Source: Botryllus schlosseri
Taxonomy: Eukaryota
Length of the DNA: 64,000 nt
Direction of reading: 5' to 3'
Assembly: GCA_051294905.1 (NCBI GenBank)
Contig: CM119371.1
Location: forward strand, 34,474,001 to 34,538,000
The notes under the pieces were generated by a model, which was given only the letters and a program-made list of their open reading frames with translations, had not been told where the DNA came from and made no database searches. Position 1 is the first letter of the stretch, and the number at the start of each line of letters is the position of its first letter. Positions 12,464 to 24,823 of this stretch are shown here, one piece after another. A program made the position numbers and the translations under genes.

Positions 12464-13081
12464 TAGGGCTGTTCAAAAAAAACTTTTTTTCCTGAATCTT
12501 GGTGGTTACGTGATTCAATCGTTAGGTTGCCTTAAAAAACGACGCACGCCAAATTTTTACTCATTCCAACCAATAATCGCTGATTTCGGACAGTTTGAAA
12601 ATTTTGAATTCACCCAAAGATGCAAAATCAATTTTTTGTCAGATTTTACTGTTAACCTCATGAAATCGTTGCGCTGTCTTCAAAGACGATGCAAAACTAA
12701 TTTGACTCAATTCCAACCAGTAGAAGCGGAGCTATTTGAGTTTTTCTTCGATAATTCGGGGATCATCCTATATCTGTGGATAACCCAAGAATTATCATCG
12801 AAAAACTCAAATAACTCCGCCTCTACTGGTTGGAATTGAGTCAAATTTGTTTTCCATCGTCTTTGAAGACAGCGCAACAATTTCATGGGGTTGACAAAAA
12901 AATTTGACAAAAAATTTTTTTTGCATCTATTGGTAAATTCAAAATTTTCAAACTGTACGAAATCAGCGATTATTGGTTGGAATAGATTAAAATTTGGTGT
13001 GCGTCGTTTTTAAGGCAACCTAACGATTTAATCACGTAACCCTCAAGATTCAGGAAAAAAAGCTATTTTTGAACAGCCCTA
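12464..13081. mobile_element. Foldback (fully palindromic) MITE, about 618 bp
   Basis: TAGGGCTGTTCAAAA...TTTTGAACAGCCCTA, arms complementary almost to the centre (~12772); TSD ATGTCCAT/ATGTTCAT (7/8). Confidence 0.9.
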
Positions 13082-13962
13082 ATGTTCATATTCCATGTCG
13101 CAGTCATCTCAAAGAGCCCCTCGTAGAGTAGCGCAAATATCGCTCCTACAAAACGAATGAAATGCACCATATCTGGTAATGGTAATCTCCTTCATAATCA
13201 TGCATAATATCTATCTGCTCAGTTATATAATTGCAACTGTTTCGTACCTAAAAGCCTGATAAAGTGGAAAATGAACGAAATAAGTATAAGAATTGATGGT
13301 TGTGCAACGAGATGTTTACCGAAATCAGAAATTTGCATTCGAGCTCCGACATATACTTTATTTCAAAGTAACTGCTTTCCCAGATTTCCGCCGATGCATT
13401 GGTTAAGGTATACCAAGCAATAATGCAAGATAAGTCGCTGCACAAGCATATAGAAACTATAAAGGCTGTCAGATTCGTTTTGACATCATCACTACCGGCA
13501 CCCTGCTATACCTGTACCGGTTTCTTTTATGTTTATTAACATTTAACAATTGCTGCTTGTACTTCTGCCGGTCAACTGCGTTTGCTATCAAGCTACAGTA
13601 CTGAAATGGTTTCATATCATTCTAACTGCAATGAAGAAACAATTAAAGACGCCAAAACAGGCAAATACCTGGGCAAACTACAGCGGAATGATCGGTAACT
13701 GCTGACTGCTACGATCTCTCTCGCTACTTAATTGCGTAGTTGAGCAACCTTGTTGCAGTCGGCATACGTCGTTAGTGTACTTGTACATGATTTGTCGCGT
13801 CGTGAGCCCAGTGTGCATCGGGCTTCATGCATATATACCGGCCGTGTTTACTAATGCAGACGGTGGCTGCTTGCACTCTCTTGTTTAAGATTGGGTCTCT
13901 GGGCGAGCGCAGTGTCTTGGTATTGGCGTCTTTTGCTCGTCCTATGTGTTGTTATGGATAGC

Positions 13963-14425
13963 CAGTAACGGCTATTGGGGTGGGCGAGGTGGGCGGTCGC
14001 CCGCCCCCCCCCCCCCTGGTCGAAGCCCCCCCCCCCCCCCCCCTCTTCGGTTTATGCGCTTTTTTTCAGGGAAAATAGCGAATAAACATGGAAATCCGTG
14101 TACCAAGCAAGAATATGATTCCGTACAGATGTGTCAATCATCATCAAATCTCTGCATTTGTTAGAAAAGTCCCGTATCCCTATAATCATAACGTCTCCGC
14201 ATGCTGTAGAATGACTTAGTTTTGATGTAGTCTATCCTTGCACACATGCAATGATAGATATGGCCGAATCCAGCATCCGGCCAAACCTTGACGCGGTGAA
14301 AGATAGGTAATTCTAACAGATGCTAAAGGGGTGTCTGGGGGACGGAGCCCCCCATAAGTTACGGTTAGACACTCATAGGCCCCCCCCGGTAAGTCTCCCC
14401 CCCCCCGTTCATAGGGCCACCACTG
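13963..14425. mobile_element. 8-bp-TSD MITE with G/C-run subterminal tracts
   Basis: CAGTAACGGC...GGCCACCACTG; perfect TSD TGGATAGC. Confidence 0.82.
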
Positions 14426-14621
14426 TGGATAGCACTTACTCAAACCTTGCACACATGCAATAATAGATATGGCCGAATCCGGCATCCGGCCACACCTTGA
14501 CGCGGTGAAAGATAGGTAATTCTAACAGATGCTAAAGGGGGGTAAAGTATTAGAAACTTGAGTGAAATAAACTGTGGAGAAATAGTCAGGGATATCTTGC
14601 AATCACTCTCATACTTATGGG

Positions 14622-15471
14622 CAGGCCGTGTTATTTTTGACATATGCCAAAAATACTAAAAATGGCTTATTTTTAGCATTTTTCAGATTTTCTTATTGGC
14701 AGTCTTGGCATCGTTCGGACCTTTCATATCAAACGAAAGTCACAAAATGTGCAGTATACACTTTTTCATCAAACAGCGAGAGTAAAAGTGTGTATGTTCA
14801 ATTTTTCATTGAGGAAAATATATTCATATTACCCGACGGGACAGAGTCTATTTGAGATTGCACCCTATGCTGATATTTTCATTAACAAGTTAAAGGCAAA
14901 TCGAATTATATATATGCATTGAGCTAAATGCAGCATGGGTCGCGCGTGTCGGCTACATGAGGTAAAAAAATGCACGAGCGGTGACAAAAGGCCTAGTCAT
15001 TGATCTACATTTAAAAATAAGGGCTCTCATTGACGGATTCCAAAATATGCTAATTACCAACTAGAACCCTGTTGTTGCGGGTAAAGATCATCTTTTTCCT
15101 AATCGCTCGATATCATCTATACTTCCTGGGTTGATCAATTCACAGTAGGCTATATCGTAACTCCAGATTTCAGTATTCGACTTTTTGTTCTCGACCCAAG
15201 GATGTTCAATTTGTTCATTCGCATTACATAGATCCCTTGGGCGGTAAACCGCGGCCTTCCGAAAGGTTCAGAGAGCTCAATTTAGGAATTTAGTGTCACA
15301 CTCTTGTTCTTTCGCTTCATGCAAACTCATTTCAATCCTTGTTGATATTTATATCTAAAACTTTCATAACAATATATATTTACGAAAAGCCTTTATTTTT
15401 GGCATTTTGAAAATTTTATTTTTGGCAGTTTTGGGATTTGGTTCTTGAAATGCCGAAAACGGTACGACCTG
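14622..15471. mobile_element. hAT-like non-autonomous element
   Basis: CAGGCCGTG...TACGACCTG; perfect TSD CTTATGGG. Confidence 0.82.
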
Positions 15472-15913
15472 CTTATGGGGAAACCAGATTACAAGGTTGC
15501 TGTCACGAAACCGCTGTTTTATCGATACACATTCCCCGCATGGCGACATAACATCAGTTTGAATCACGACCAATTCCTTAAAATATCACGGCGGTAATCG
15601 AACCGGTGATAAATAGGTTCTCCGAAATGCAACTTTGTTATCGTGGTTGGGATTTTTTACCACTTTCTCTGTTTATGCTAATATTTTATTCTGTAACTCG
15701 TGCCACCGACAGACCTACAATGCCGAAAGAAAATAAATTCTGGTCTCTTTTTAGAATTTGTGACAGGCCCACCAGAATAAATTCGTCACTTATATCACAC
15801 ATGGACATTGGACATAGAAGACTTGTTCGGTACAGCATGATCGTAAGTTCAACAAAATGCACATGTTTGATTTTATCCATGATAGGCAGGAGCTAGGAGG
15901 ACGAGCTGTAAAG

Positions 15914-16300
15914 CAGTGTTTGGATGACTCGAGTCATGACTTGACTCGAGTCAGACTCGAGTCACCTTTTTCGTATGACTTGACTTGACTCGAGTCACTT
16001 TGCTAAAATGACTTGACTTGACTTGACTCGGCGTGTCAGAAATGTGGATTGACTCGTGACTCGAAGCAAAATTCACGAGTCAATTTCAAGTCATCAAGTA
16101 ATCGGTGTTGATAAAAGTCACCGTATCTTGGATATGTTCGGATTGTTCGCAAAACGCTGGTGTAACCCGTGAGAGCAACGAATCATTCAATGATCGTGTG
16201 CTTCATTGAGCCTCCATTGTTTTCTCACAAATAAATTGACCGCAAACGAAGTGATCGAAGCCTAACAGCCTACGTTGTCGTAAACTAGTAGTAAAGTAAG
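15914..16300 (+). mobile_element. Left part of GACTT/GACTCGAGTC family B element
   Basis: CAGTGTTTGGATGACTCGAGTC... colinear with 50417-50760; right boundary approximate. Confidence 0.75.
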
Positions 16301-16619
16301 AAAATAGAAAAATGTCTATTTCTGTTCTCTGTACTGACCTCAACCAAAACTCTTGTTTCATTGAAACTGAATTCGAATATAGTTTATATAGTCCACAACA
16401 ATCAATCAAACAAGCAATCGTAATATAAGCCACAGTTCCATCAATTATTTTAACTGCTCAATATATAATGTACACAAAATGTACAATGTTGTACACAAGA
16501 CACAATGAACAAATAGAAAGATCGCCAAGTACGGTCGGTCGATCAATGTAATATACAGCTCGGCCTAGTGGCCGATGTGACAGTGTTAGACTCTCTATTT
16601 TTCCGTCTTTCTTTTAAGC

Positions 16620-17517
16620 CAGGGGCGGGCAACTTCTCGAGTCGGCGGGCCGGATATAGGAAAATTAAGTACTTGGCGGGCCGGATTGCTGAATAGATAC
16701 AATATTCGCCCATTTATCCACATTCCACATATACAAGGAATAAATCGCATTTAATGAATACATTTTAACGACAGTAATGTCACTTCAAAGTCATTTCTCG
16801 CCGATAATGACGAAGACAATGTGGATTTGAGAATAGCATTGTCATACAGGCGCCGCCATGTCTGCTTCTATCTGATCAATCAACACACGGTGCAATCCTC
16901 AATTAAGATTTCAAGGAGTTTGATAACCCCGGTACCCCTAATTTACCAACACATATATTCGTTAGGGTTGAGTAGGTGACGAGATAGCATCGTTGTTCAA
17001 CTGTGTGGCCTGAGAAATCTCGATAATGAATTCATGCGGTCCGCGACCTCTACGAAATTTGAAAAGTGGCCCGCGACCCGTTTTGAGTTGACGACCCCTG
17101 GTATAAGCAGTGTTTTCGTCTTACAAAAGCCTAGAAGTCTGCCGTGCTACAAGTCTGCGGTTACAGAATGAAAAATAAGAAATATCAGCCTGGTGTAATT
17201 GACCATTGTAGTCGACAAACACCATGATTACCACAAACGACATTAGGGTTGAATACATCGCAAATGCCGATAATGCAAGTCTTCTCGCTTCGACGAAATT
17301 ACGCATAAGCTCCACTCTAGCACGCTGCGCATATACGTATATAATATCATGCACTATGCAGTCACTAAAATTTGACGTTGTAATCAAGTAGTGGGAAATC
17401 TCGGCAGGCTAGGGCCGCGGGCCACATTATCATGTAAAACGGAAAACTGTCCGCGGGCCGGACAAAATCCCTTCGCGGGCCGGATCCGGCCCGCGGGCCG
17501 TATGTTGCCCACCCCTG
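16620..17517. mobile_element. hAT-like element with GCGGGCCG motifs
   Basis: CAGGGGCGGGCAAC...GTTGCCCACCCCTG; perfect TSD TTTTAAGC. Confidence 0.88.
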
Positions 17518-18214
17518 TTTTAAGCGCTATACTGCCGAGACTCTCGTGTCGATTGGGGAGGGGATTTACCAAGTAGAGGCCCCTATACACTCTCTCGCGA
17601 GTTTCCTTTCTCACACTTTACGTAATACTGCGTTTAATTGTTTAACTATTTCGTAAAGTTACGTTGCTCCATTGGCATAACCGACATCTTTTGAACTCCC
17701 TATACTTGATTGCACCATGATTGCAACACATATCACAACATTTAAGCATCTGTTGCGGTATAAACCGGGTCATTCCGCCAAAATACAGGAGAAATCAGGC
17801 ACTTATCTAGCATTATACGGGAATATTTACAAGTTACTCTTGGAGGTACAGAGCAACAATGTATAAAATTGAATAATATATCCATATTGAAATAAACCCG
17901 AATATTTTCAGCTGACACTTGTCAGAAAAAATCGTCAGCAACGATCGTAGAGAACTGAAAAATTAGTAGTGACTGACGGATACCTCTGACTGTGTCAGCC
18001 CAAAATACTCCGGTTTATTTCAACATGAATAAATTATTGAACAATATATATTTTTTAATTTTCTCTTTGTGTATGTGTCGGTGCTCACACTGTATAATTG
18101 TGTATAATACTACGTTTGTCCCAGAAAAGAAAGCTACTGTAGAGCATCGGTAGATATACGTACTAAACTATAATGGGGTGACGGAGTCAGTTGATTTCGC
18201 AGATTTCCCGTTGA

Positions 18215-18670
18215 ATAGCAAAGAATAGGCTGCGGTTCGAGTGGCGAAAGATTGCTCAAGAAATCCAAGCGAATCCCGAGATTTCACAAGCAGGACCGCT
18301 GGACGACTCGAATATATACGTTTAGCAAGCCATATTGCGCGGACCATCGGAAACACCGTACGAGGGAGGAAGATTCCATCTGAGAGTGGAATTTCCAACA
18401 GAATATCCATTCAAGCCCCCGAAAATCAAATTCGAAACAAAGATTTTCCATCCCAACATTAGTCGGAGGGGTACCGTCTGCGTCGACATCCTCGCCAATG
18501 AGTGGTCGCCAGCTTTGACTTTGGTAAAGGTGCTGGTGTCGATTTCATCATTGCTAGCTTCACCGAATCCGGACGATCCAATGGATGCTGAAAGCGCTAA
18601 GATCTACCAAGAGGACTACATTCGTTATCAGAAGACGGCGAGAAATTGGACGGATACATATGCCAGATGA
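18215..18670 (+). pseudogene. Second copy of the UBE2D-like E2; apparent pseudogene (ATG>ATA, W37 TGG>TAG)
   Basis: 456 nt colinear with 4608-5063 without indels; ATA at 18215-18217, TAG at 18323-18325; HPN and catalytic Cys intact. Confidence 0.85.
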
Positions 18671-19319
18671 ATACATGGATGTTCTGTTTTGGAATAGATA
18701 AAGAGCTAACCAATTTCATACACTGAGCCTATGTTAAGCGTCATACATAAGCTGATCAATGTTTACAGTACATGCTGATGTCAATTAATTTAACATTAAA
18801 TATTTCATTAGCGCTGCCAATACGTTAATTTGATGTTTTCAATCCCACTCATTTAACGTTGTGCATGTATCAAACATGTCAATATCAAACAAATAGTAGA
18901 ATCTTCCAGTTAAAAAATATGATTATATGCATATCATGCGCATACCGAGACTGCATCAAGCAACCTTGGCCCAAGCCTAGTGAGTACAGATAACATCACA
19001 GTGAACTGTACGTTAAAAGTTTGAAGGAAAAGTACGACAACTATAATCGTGACGTGGGAAGCGAATTAAAACTTATAGCGTTGCGTCAAACAGCGCAATA
19101 AGCGCACTCTCGTTCTCGAACTTGTGAAACGCAAAAATAGTAAAATCCCTGTCGCACGATACGATTCACGGAATAGTAATTATTGTTGACGTAAAACTCT
19201 AGGCATGTCGGCGATGTGCCAGTTGGGAGAAATGCAATGTATGAATTTGATGCTCTGGTGCCATCTCACGTATAGATTTCAAGGTGAAATCTTTCTCCCA
19301 GTGGATTAAGCACTGGTCT

Positions 19320-21580
19320 TCATCATCATTCATCATCATTGGTTTATTAGCAATTTTATCAGTTCAATACACCACAAAAATGCGATACAATGAAAAGACA
19401 GGAAGATGTCGAAGCGACAAGGAGTAGTCTATGGAATCTGACACCCACCTTGGCCTAGGCGATGTAAAGAGGAGGCATGCACACTGAATGAAAGTAAAGA
19501 AGATAGTATAGAAAAAGAATGCGACAAGAAATAGGGCGGCATGTCATGGGAAGCGAGATCGATAGGTCAGTCGTGGTCCGGTAATCTTGAGGATGGACTG
19601 TACTTATTTAGTAGTAATTGCTTGTATTTCGACTTGAATGTGGACAGGACATGCTCGTCGACTGTCGGATGGCCGGCGGGATACTGTTCCACACATCAGG
19701 TCCGGCATATTTGATGGAGCGATGATCTTTTCGGTCGATCATATGATATTTGGACGACGTGGACGTGCGCGTGTTGTACTTGTGCGCTTTTGATTCAGAG
19801 GTAAAGAAGTCATTGAAATATTCGGGGCAACGACCGCAGTGAAACTGATACATGAACTTGGCGATTTCTAGTTTCCGCATATCTTCAATGTTTAGGACGC
19901 CGAATCTCTTCAGCAGCGACTTATTGGATGGGCAGCCAGGACCCTTTGGGCCCTAGCTATGATTCGGAGTACTTTATGCTGTAGTTTCTGCAGTGGCTTG
20001 AGTGCAGTTTTACTGGCAGCCCCCCAACAGAGGATGCCATAATGTAACTTCGATTGGATTAAGGATTTAAAGAGTATCAGAAGAACCCATGCTGGCATGA
20101 AGCGCCCAAGGCTGTAGAACAGGCCGCACTTCTGTGATAATTTAGTTTCTAGGGACTGAATATGACTCTTCCAGGACATGTTCGAGTCCAGTAAAACTGA
20201 GGTTGCATTTGGCATTATCTGTGTTGGAAACGGGCTGACCAGCGATATTAACGGTTAGGTTATTTTTTGAATTTACTGTCAGCAATTGCGATTTCGAGGC
20301 GTTTATGCAAAGGTTGTTCTGGGCCGTCCACTCATGGACTTTGGGCATTTGGTCACCAGTCAGGGCATCCAGCTCTGCCGTCGAAGATGCGGAAGAGAGG
20401 AGGTGAGTATCATCAGCGAACAGTGTGGTGTTCAATGAGGAGGTTTCAAAAATGTCGTTGACATATAAGGTGAAAAGGAGCGGTCCAAGTACTGAGCCCT
20501 GGGGCACACCACAGGTCACCGGGTGAGGAGAGGACAAGGTGTCTGAGATCGCAACCATTTGTTGGCGTCCAGTGAGGTAACTTTTCATGAGCTCAAGTTG
20601 CGGGCCCCGAAGTCCGTAACGCGCCAATTTCGAGATGAGAATTTTATGATCTACGGCTACGCAGTCAAACGCTTTTTTTAGGTCGAGAAAAATGCTACAT
20701 CCCACATTTCGCTTCTCTGAGATATCATAGTACTGTTCGGCCACTGTTAGGAGGGCATGAGCGGTTTGGTGTTTGTTTCGGAAGCCAAATTGTTGAGGGG
20801 AAATGACAGACATTTTGGCGAGGAATGAGGACAGGCGGGAGAGGAGTAACTTTTCGAATACTATCCCGATGCATGGGAGAACAGATATCGGACGGTAGTT
20901 GGTGACATTAGTTCTATCCCCAGCTTTGTGTACAGGGACTACTCTGGCTTTTTTTAGATAGCTTGGGTAGACTCCATTTTCTATCATGAAGTTGAAAAAA
21001 TGGGCCATATATTGACCGATATGCAGGCTTTTCATTTTTAAAAACCATGATGGGATTTGGTCATAGCCGTCGGCCTTGTGCGATTTCAGTTTGTGGATGG
21101 CTACTTCTACTTCGTATTTGGTCGTAGATTCAAGCATAATTGACTGGGATATCGATCTCACTTCTGACCTGGCCGACACAGGTTTTGTAATAGAAGAAGC
21201 AATATTTGGGCCTACGTTACAAAAATATTCATTGAAGTGATTCTCGATGGCCGCCGGGTCTGAAAGTTTGTTTCCGGTATCCGAATTCACAATTTCCGAA
21301 GCAGACTTATGGCCTTTTTTTCGATGTAGGAGAGAGTTAAGTCCTGACCATGTTTTTCGAGTGTCCTTTATGCGTCTGTTGAAAAATCTCTCATTGTACT
21401 TTGCTTTTGCCTTGGAAATGAGATGCACGGTGCGATTCCTGAAACGTCGAAATCTTTCTCGTTCATGTTCGGGGCAGTTCTTGGTGTCTATGCGGTTATG
21501 CCACCGGTTACGTTTACGGATAAGTTGAATCAGCTTTGTGGTCATCCACGGATTTCGCTTTAATTTTCTTTAATCTTCTT
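19320..21580 (-). mobile_element. 5'-truncated L2/CR1-group non-LTR retrotransposon (ORF2 reverse transcriptase, frameshifted)
   Basis: ORF 20142-21545: NYRPISVL, QFGFR, FLDLKKAFD, GVPQGSVLGPLLF, LFADD; C-terminus continues in shifted frames (19910-20215, 19608-19880); 3' UTR ends in an (ATG)n-like microsatellite tail at ~19320-19340. Confidence 0.93.
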
Positions 21581-21709
21581 ACAATGATATAATGATATTG
21601 GCAGCGTAAAGCGTAATCATTTACATCTACAGCTCTAGATATCCATGTACGCAACCTTCTATAAACCTTTCGCTGGCAAACAACATTTGTTGTTACCCCC
21701 ACCCCCAAG

Positions 21710-21857
21710 GGCAGTGTGCACCCCTCTTCATTACACATCGCCCAGGTGGGTGTCTCATTTCAGACTCTATTCGACACCTTCCTTTTTTTTCATTGTATCG
21801 CAATCTTGCGGTGCATTCATCAGATGAAATTTGAATATTAAACTGAACTGATTTGAG
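21710..21857 (+). mobile_element. Short 3'-end fragment related to the L2 3' UTR
   Basis: GGTGGGTGTCT...CATTGTATCGCA..TTGCGGTG matches the reverse complement of 19370-19490. Confidence 0.7.
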
Positions 21858-22337
21858 CTGGGACAGGCAAAGGGGTGGGGTCGTGGCAGGAAGTAATTCC
21901 AATTAGAACTTCATCAAGATCAGAACGCGTCCGATGTGGCAAATCCTACACTGACATGAGTGCTGATCTGTTTTGGGTTCGGTAAAATCGAGTACCTGAG
22001 TGAGTCGAGTCGATTATTTGAGTATCACTCATTATGACGTCACGGCATTGCATAGAAAGTTTAAATACGTAAGTTTTATGTGACATAAAGAAATAACGCC
22101 AATTCTACGTCACCAAATAAATATAATTTGGCCTTTTTTTTACCATGCCCAGATTGCCCACCTTTAATTGGACTTTGTGACAATGCTGTGGGTTAATCTC
22201 GGATTCACAGAAATATCAGCTCCGTTAACGTGCGGAGACGGCGAATTGAGGTTTCAAGTCTTCCATGTTGGGAAGAAATAGAAACTCAAATTCTCGGAAA
22301 TTTTATTGGAACGCGGTGCAAAATCGCCTCCAACGAC

Positions 22338-22852
22338 TAGGGCTGGGCACAATGATTCGAGTACCCGAATCTGAATCGAGTATTAATTTTAATGATTCGA
22401 GTCGAGTAGTAAAATACGATTTTTTCGAGTACTGAAATTATACGCTCCTCGCAACTGAAAGTTAATTTACAAACGAGAATTATAGTTTTGATACTATTTT
22501 TCACTGAGGAAGCCTTGAAACCTTGATTGGCCGTGTCGCAGCATAATAGACATAGTACAAAGCTACGAACGTTACTGAAAGTAACACATTTCCGAAGTCA
22601 TGATCGTTCCATAACATTGTCAAGAAGTGCAATGAAGTCGGCATGGTCGAAAAAATACCGAATTATCATTAATGTGACGGGTAACAGGCATTATGTTATT
22701 CGTGGTGGCATAAAATGTACATATTTGAACTTTGACATAGTATATTCTGCTGTGACGTCATAATGGGTGATACTCGAATACTCGACTCGACTCGAAGCGT
22801 TTTACGTGATTCAGAATCGAATCACTCAGGTACTCGATTTTGCCCAGCCCTA
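22338..22852. mobile_element. hAT-like MITE with TAGGGCTGGGCA ends and TCGAGTA motifs
   Basis: TIR TAGGGCTGGGCA...TGCCCAGCCCTA; perfect TSD CCAACGAC; relatives at 26122, 34300 and ~21975. Confidence 0.9.
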
Positions 22853-23559
22853 CCAACGACTCGATCGAATCGTTACAATTATTTTCCGATTAGCCTTAAT
22901 CGTTTCGCCCATCTGTATCCCACCTAAGTAGACCATATATCCACGGAGCGTGGGGTACATATCTTGACCTCTCTCTCAGTATAGATAACTAACCTACGGA
23001 TAGATACGCAACACCCGTCGTCTCGCCTGCTTGCCCGGAGAAAATTACTGCTCAGCAATCTGAACGCAACATAATTGCTAATCCCATAGCTGACGACCCG
23101 CGTGCTTAAATTGAATAAAGTTGATCATATTTGAAAGCTACTGTCGCACTGATTCCGAAAATATACATTAAAACCAAATCAGGGCAATGGAACCCCCTTG
23201 AGATACACCTCAAAGTCTGAAAATTGGCATTGTTCTAAACAATCGCAACCACGCAAGGGCCATTATTATGGTCATTGCGCTGCGTGCTTAGTCGTTAGTA
23301 ATATGTAACGCGAATTTAGCGCACATTTGTGTCTGTGACTTGTACGTGAAGCTAATTCATAGGAGTCATCGGTGAACAAACTAGGTCTGCGATAGGGCGG
23401 GAATGGACCGGAGCCGGATTGGATATCCGGCCGGATTTTCGCATTTTTGGCACGAGACTGTTCGGAGCGACATGCCACCTCATATGACAAGCAATTTCTA
23501 CTGAATATTCACGAGTCAGCCCTCCTCGTATTTACCTGACTGCGGCGTGACATACACTA

Positions 23560-23755
23560 GCGATCCCGCCTTCCGTCACATGCCAGCTCTTTTTGTCGCT
23601 CCTTTTACATCACCCAGGCTAGGATGGGTGTCTGATTTCGATCACTACTCCGAGTCATCGTTTGGACACCTAATTCCTACCTTTCATTGTATCGCAGTCT
23701 TGTGGTGCATTGAAATAATGAAAATTTTAACAATAAATTGATTTGAATTGAAATG
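23560..23755 (+). mobile_element. Short 3'-end fragment related to the L2 3' UTR
   Basis: GGATGGGTGTCTGAT...TTTCATTGTATCGCAGTCTTGTGGTG matches the reverse complement of 52740-52930 and 19370-19550. Confidence 0.7.
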
Positions 23756-23964
23756 CCTTTTCTAATTGCTGTCAGCCAGCACGTGACAAGCAGCTATAAT
23801 TTGGAATGAATGAATGAATTTGGCCGATAATACAGCTGCTGGACTTGCATACATTACATATATTTCATCAGATATACTGGTAGAGCTGATGAAAGTGGTA
23901 TCTTGGAAAAAGTAGGGATCCCATGCCAAACGGAAACTATTCGCAAGTTCGCTTCGGGTGTTAT

Positions 23965-24420
23965 CAGGGTTGTAACCAAGTCACATGGCTCCGAGTCAAA
24001 AGTCAATCTCACTTTAATAGTTTTGACTCGAGTCAAGTCGAGTCATTTTCACTTCACCACCGAGTCAAGTTCGAGTCCAAGTCATCGAGCAGAGGGTCGA
24101 GTCCGAGTCATGGTATTATGACTCGAGTCCGAGTCCAAGTCATGGTGTTGACCGCTCAGTTTCCAGTTAAAGTCTTGTTAAACCCATTTTTTATAACTCG
24201 GTTTGGTGATATCGAATATTTCGCATACGGTCTTGGCCGTATGAGTCTCGAGTCATGCACAATGACTCGAGTCCAAGTCGAGTCAATACACGGATTGACT
24301 CGAGTCGAGTCGAGTCATTTCCGTATTTTCAGAAAAAGACTCGAATCAGGTCGCGTCATCAGTAAATCGTGACTCGAGTCGAACTCGAGTCGAGTCATGA
24401 CGCGAGTCATTACAACCCTG
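23965..24420. mobile_element. GACTCGAGTC family A MITE copy
   Basis: CAGGGTTGTAA...TTACAACCCTG; colinear with 5567-6150. Confidence 0.88.
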
Positions 24421-24739
24421 GGTGGTCAATTGATATTATAATTCGAGACCGCCGGTGAAGATTGTCATTACTACAAATATGGTGGAATATCGCACACACG
24501 TACCAGACCAACTGAAACTGAAAGAAAAGCTCATTTGGTGAGAAGCACGTGCTTCCAGATCGCATTTATTGCCTAGCTGCAATATTTTCACCAGCGCATT
24601 TTTCACTTTAATTTTTATGGAGGGGGTACCCATTCCAATGGGGCTGTTCCACTTCATTTCGAACACGCGGTGACGACAAAGGTAACTCGACCCAAATCTG
24701 TTTTGTTGCTATATACTTTACCATGGGACTGGAATAAAC

Positions 24740-24741
<2 letters not shown>

Positions 24742-24817
<76 letters not shown>
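24742..24817. repeat. (GA)n microsatellite, tail of a short interspersed repeat
   Basis: Pure GA run; the adjacent 24818-24890 is the reverse complement of 54565-54650, which ends in a short (TC)n. Confidence 0.9.
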
Positions 24818-24823
<6 letters not shown>

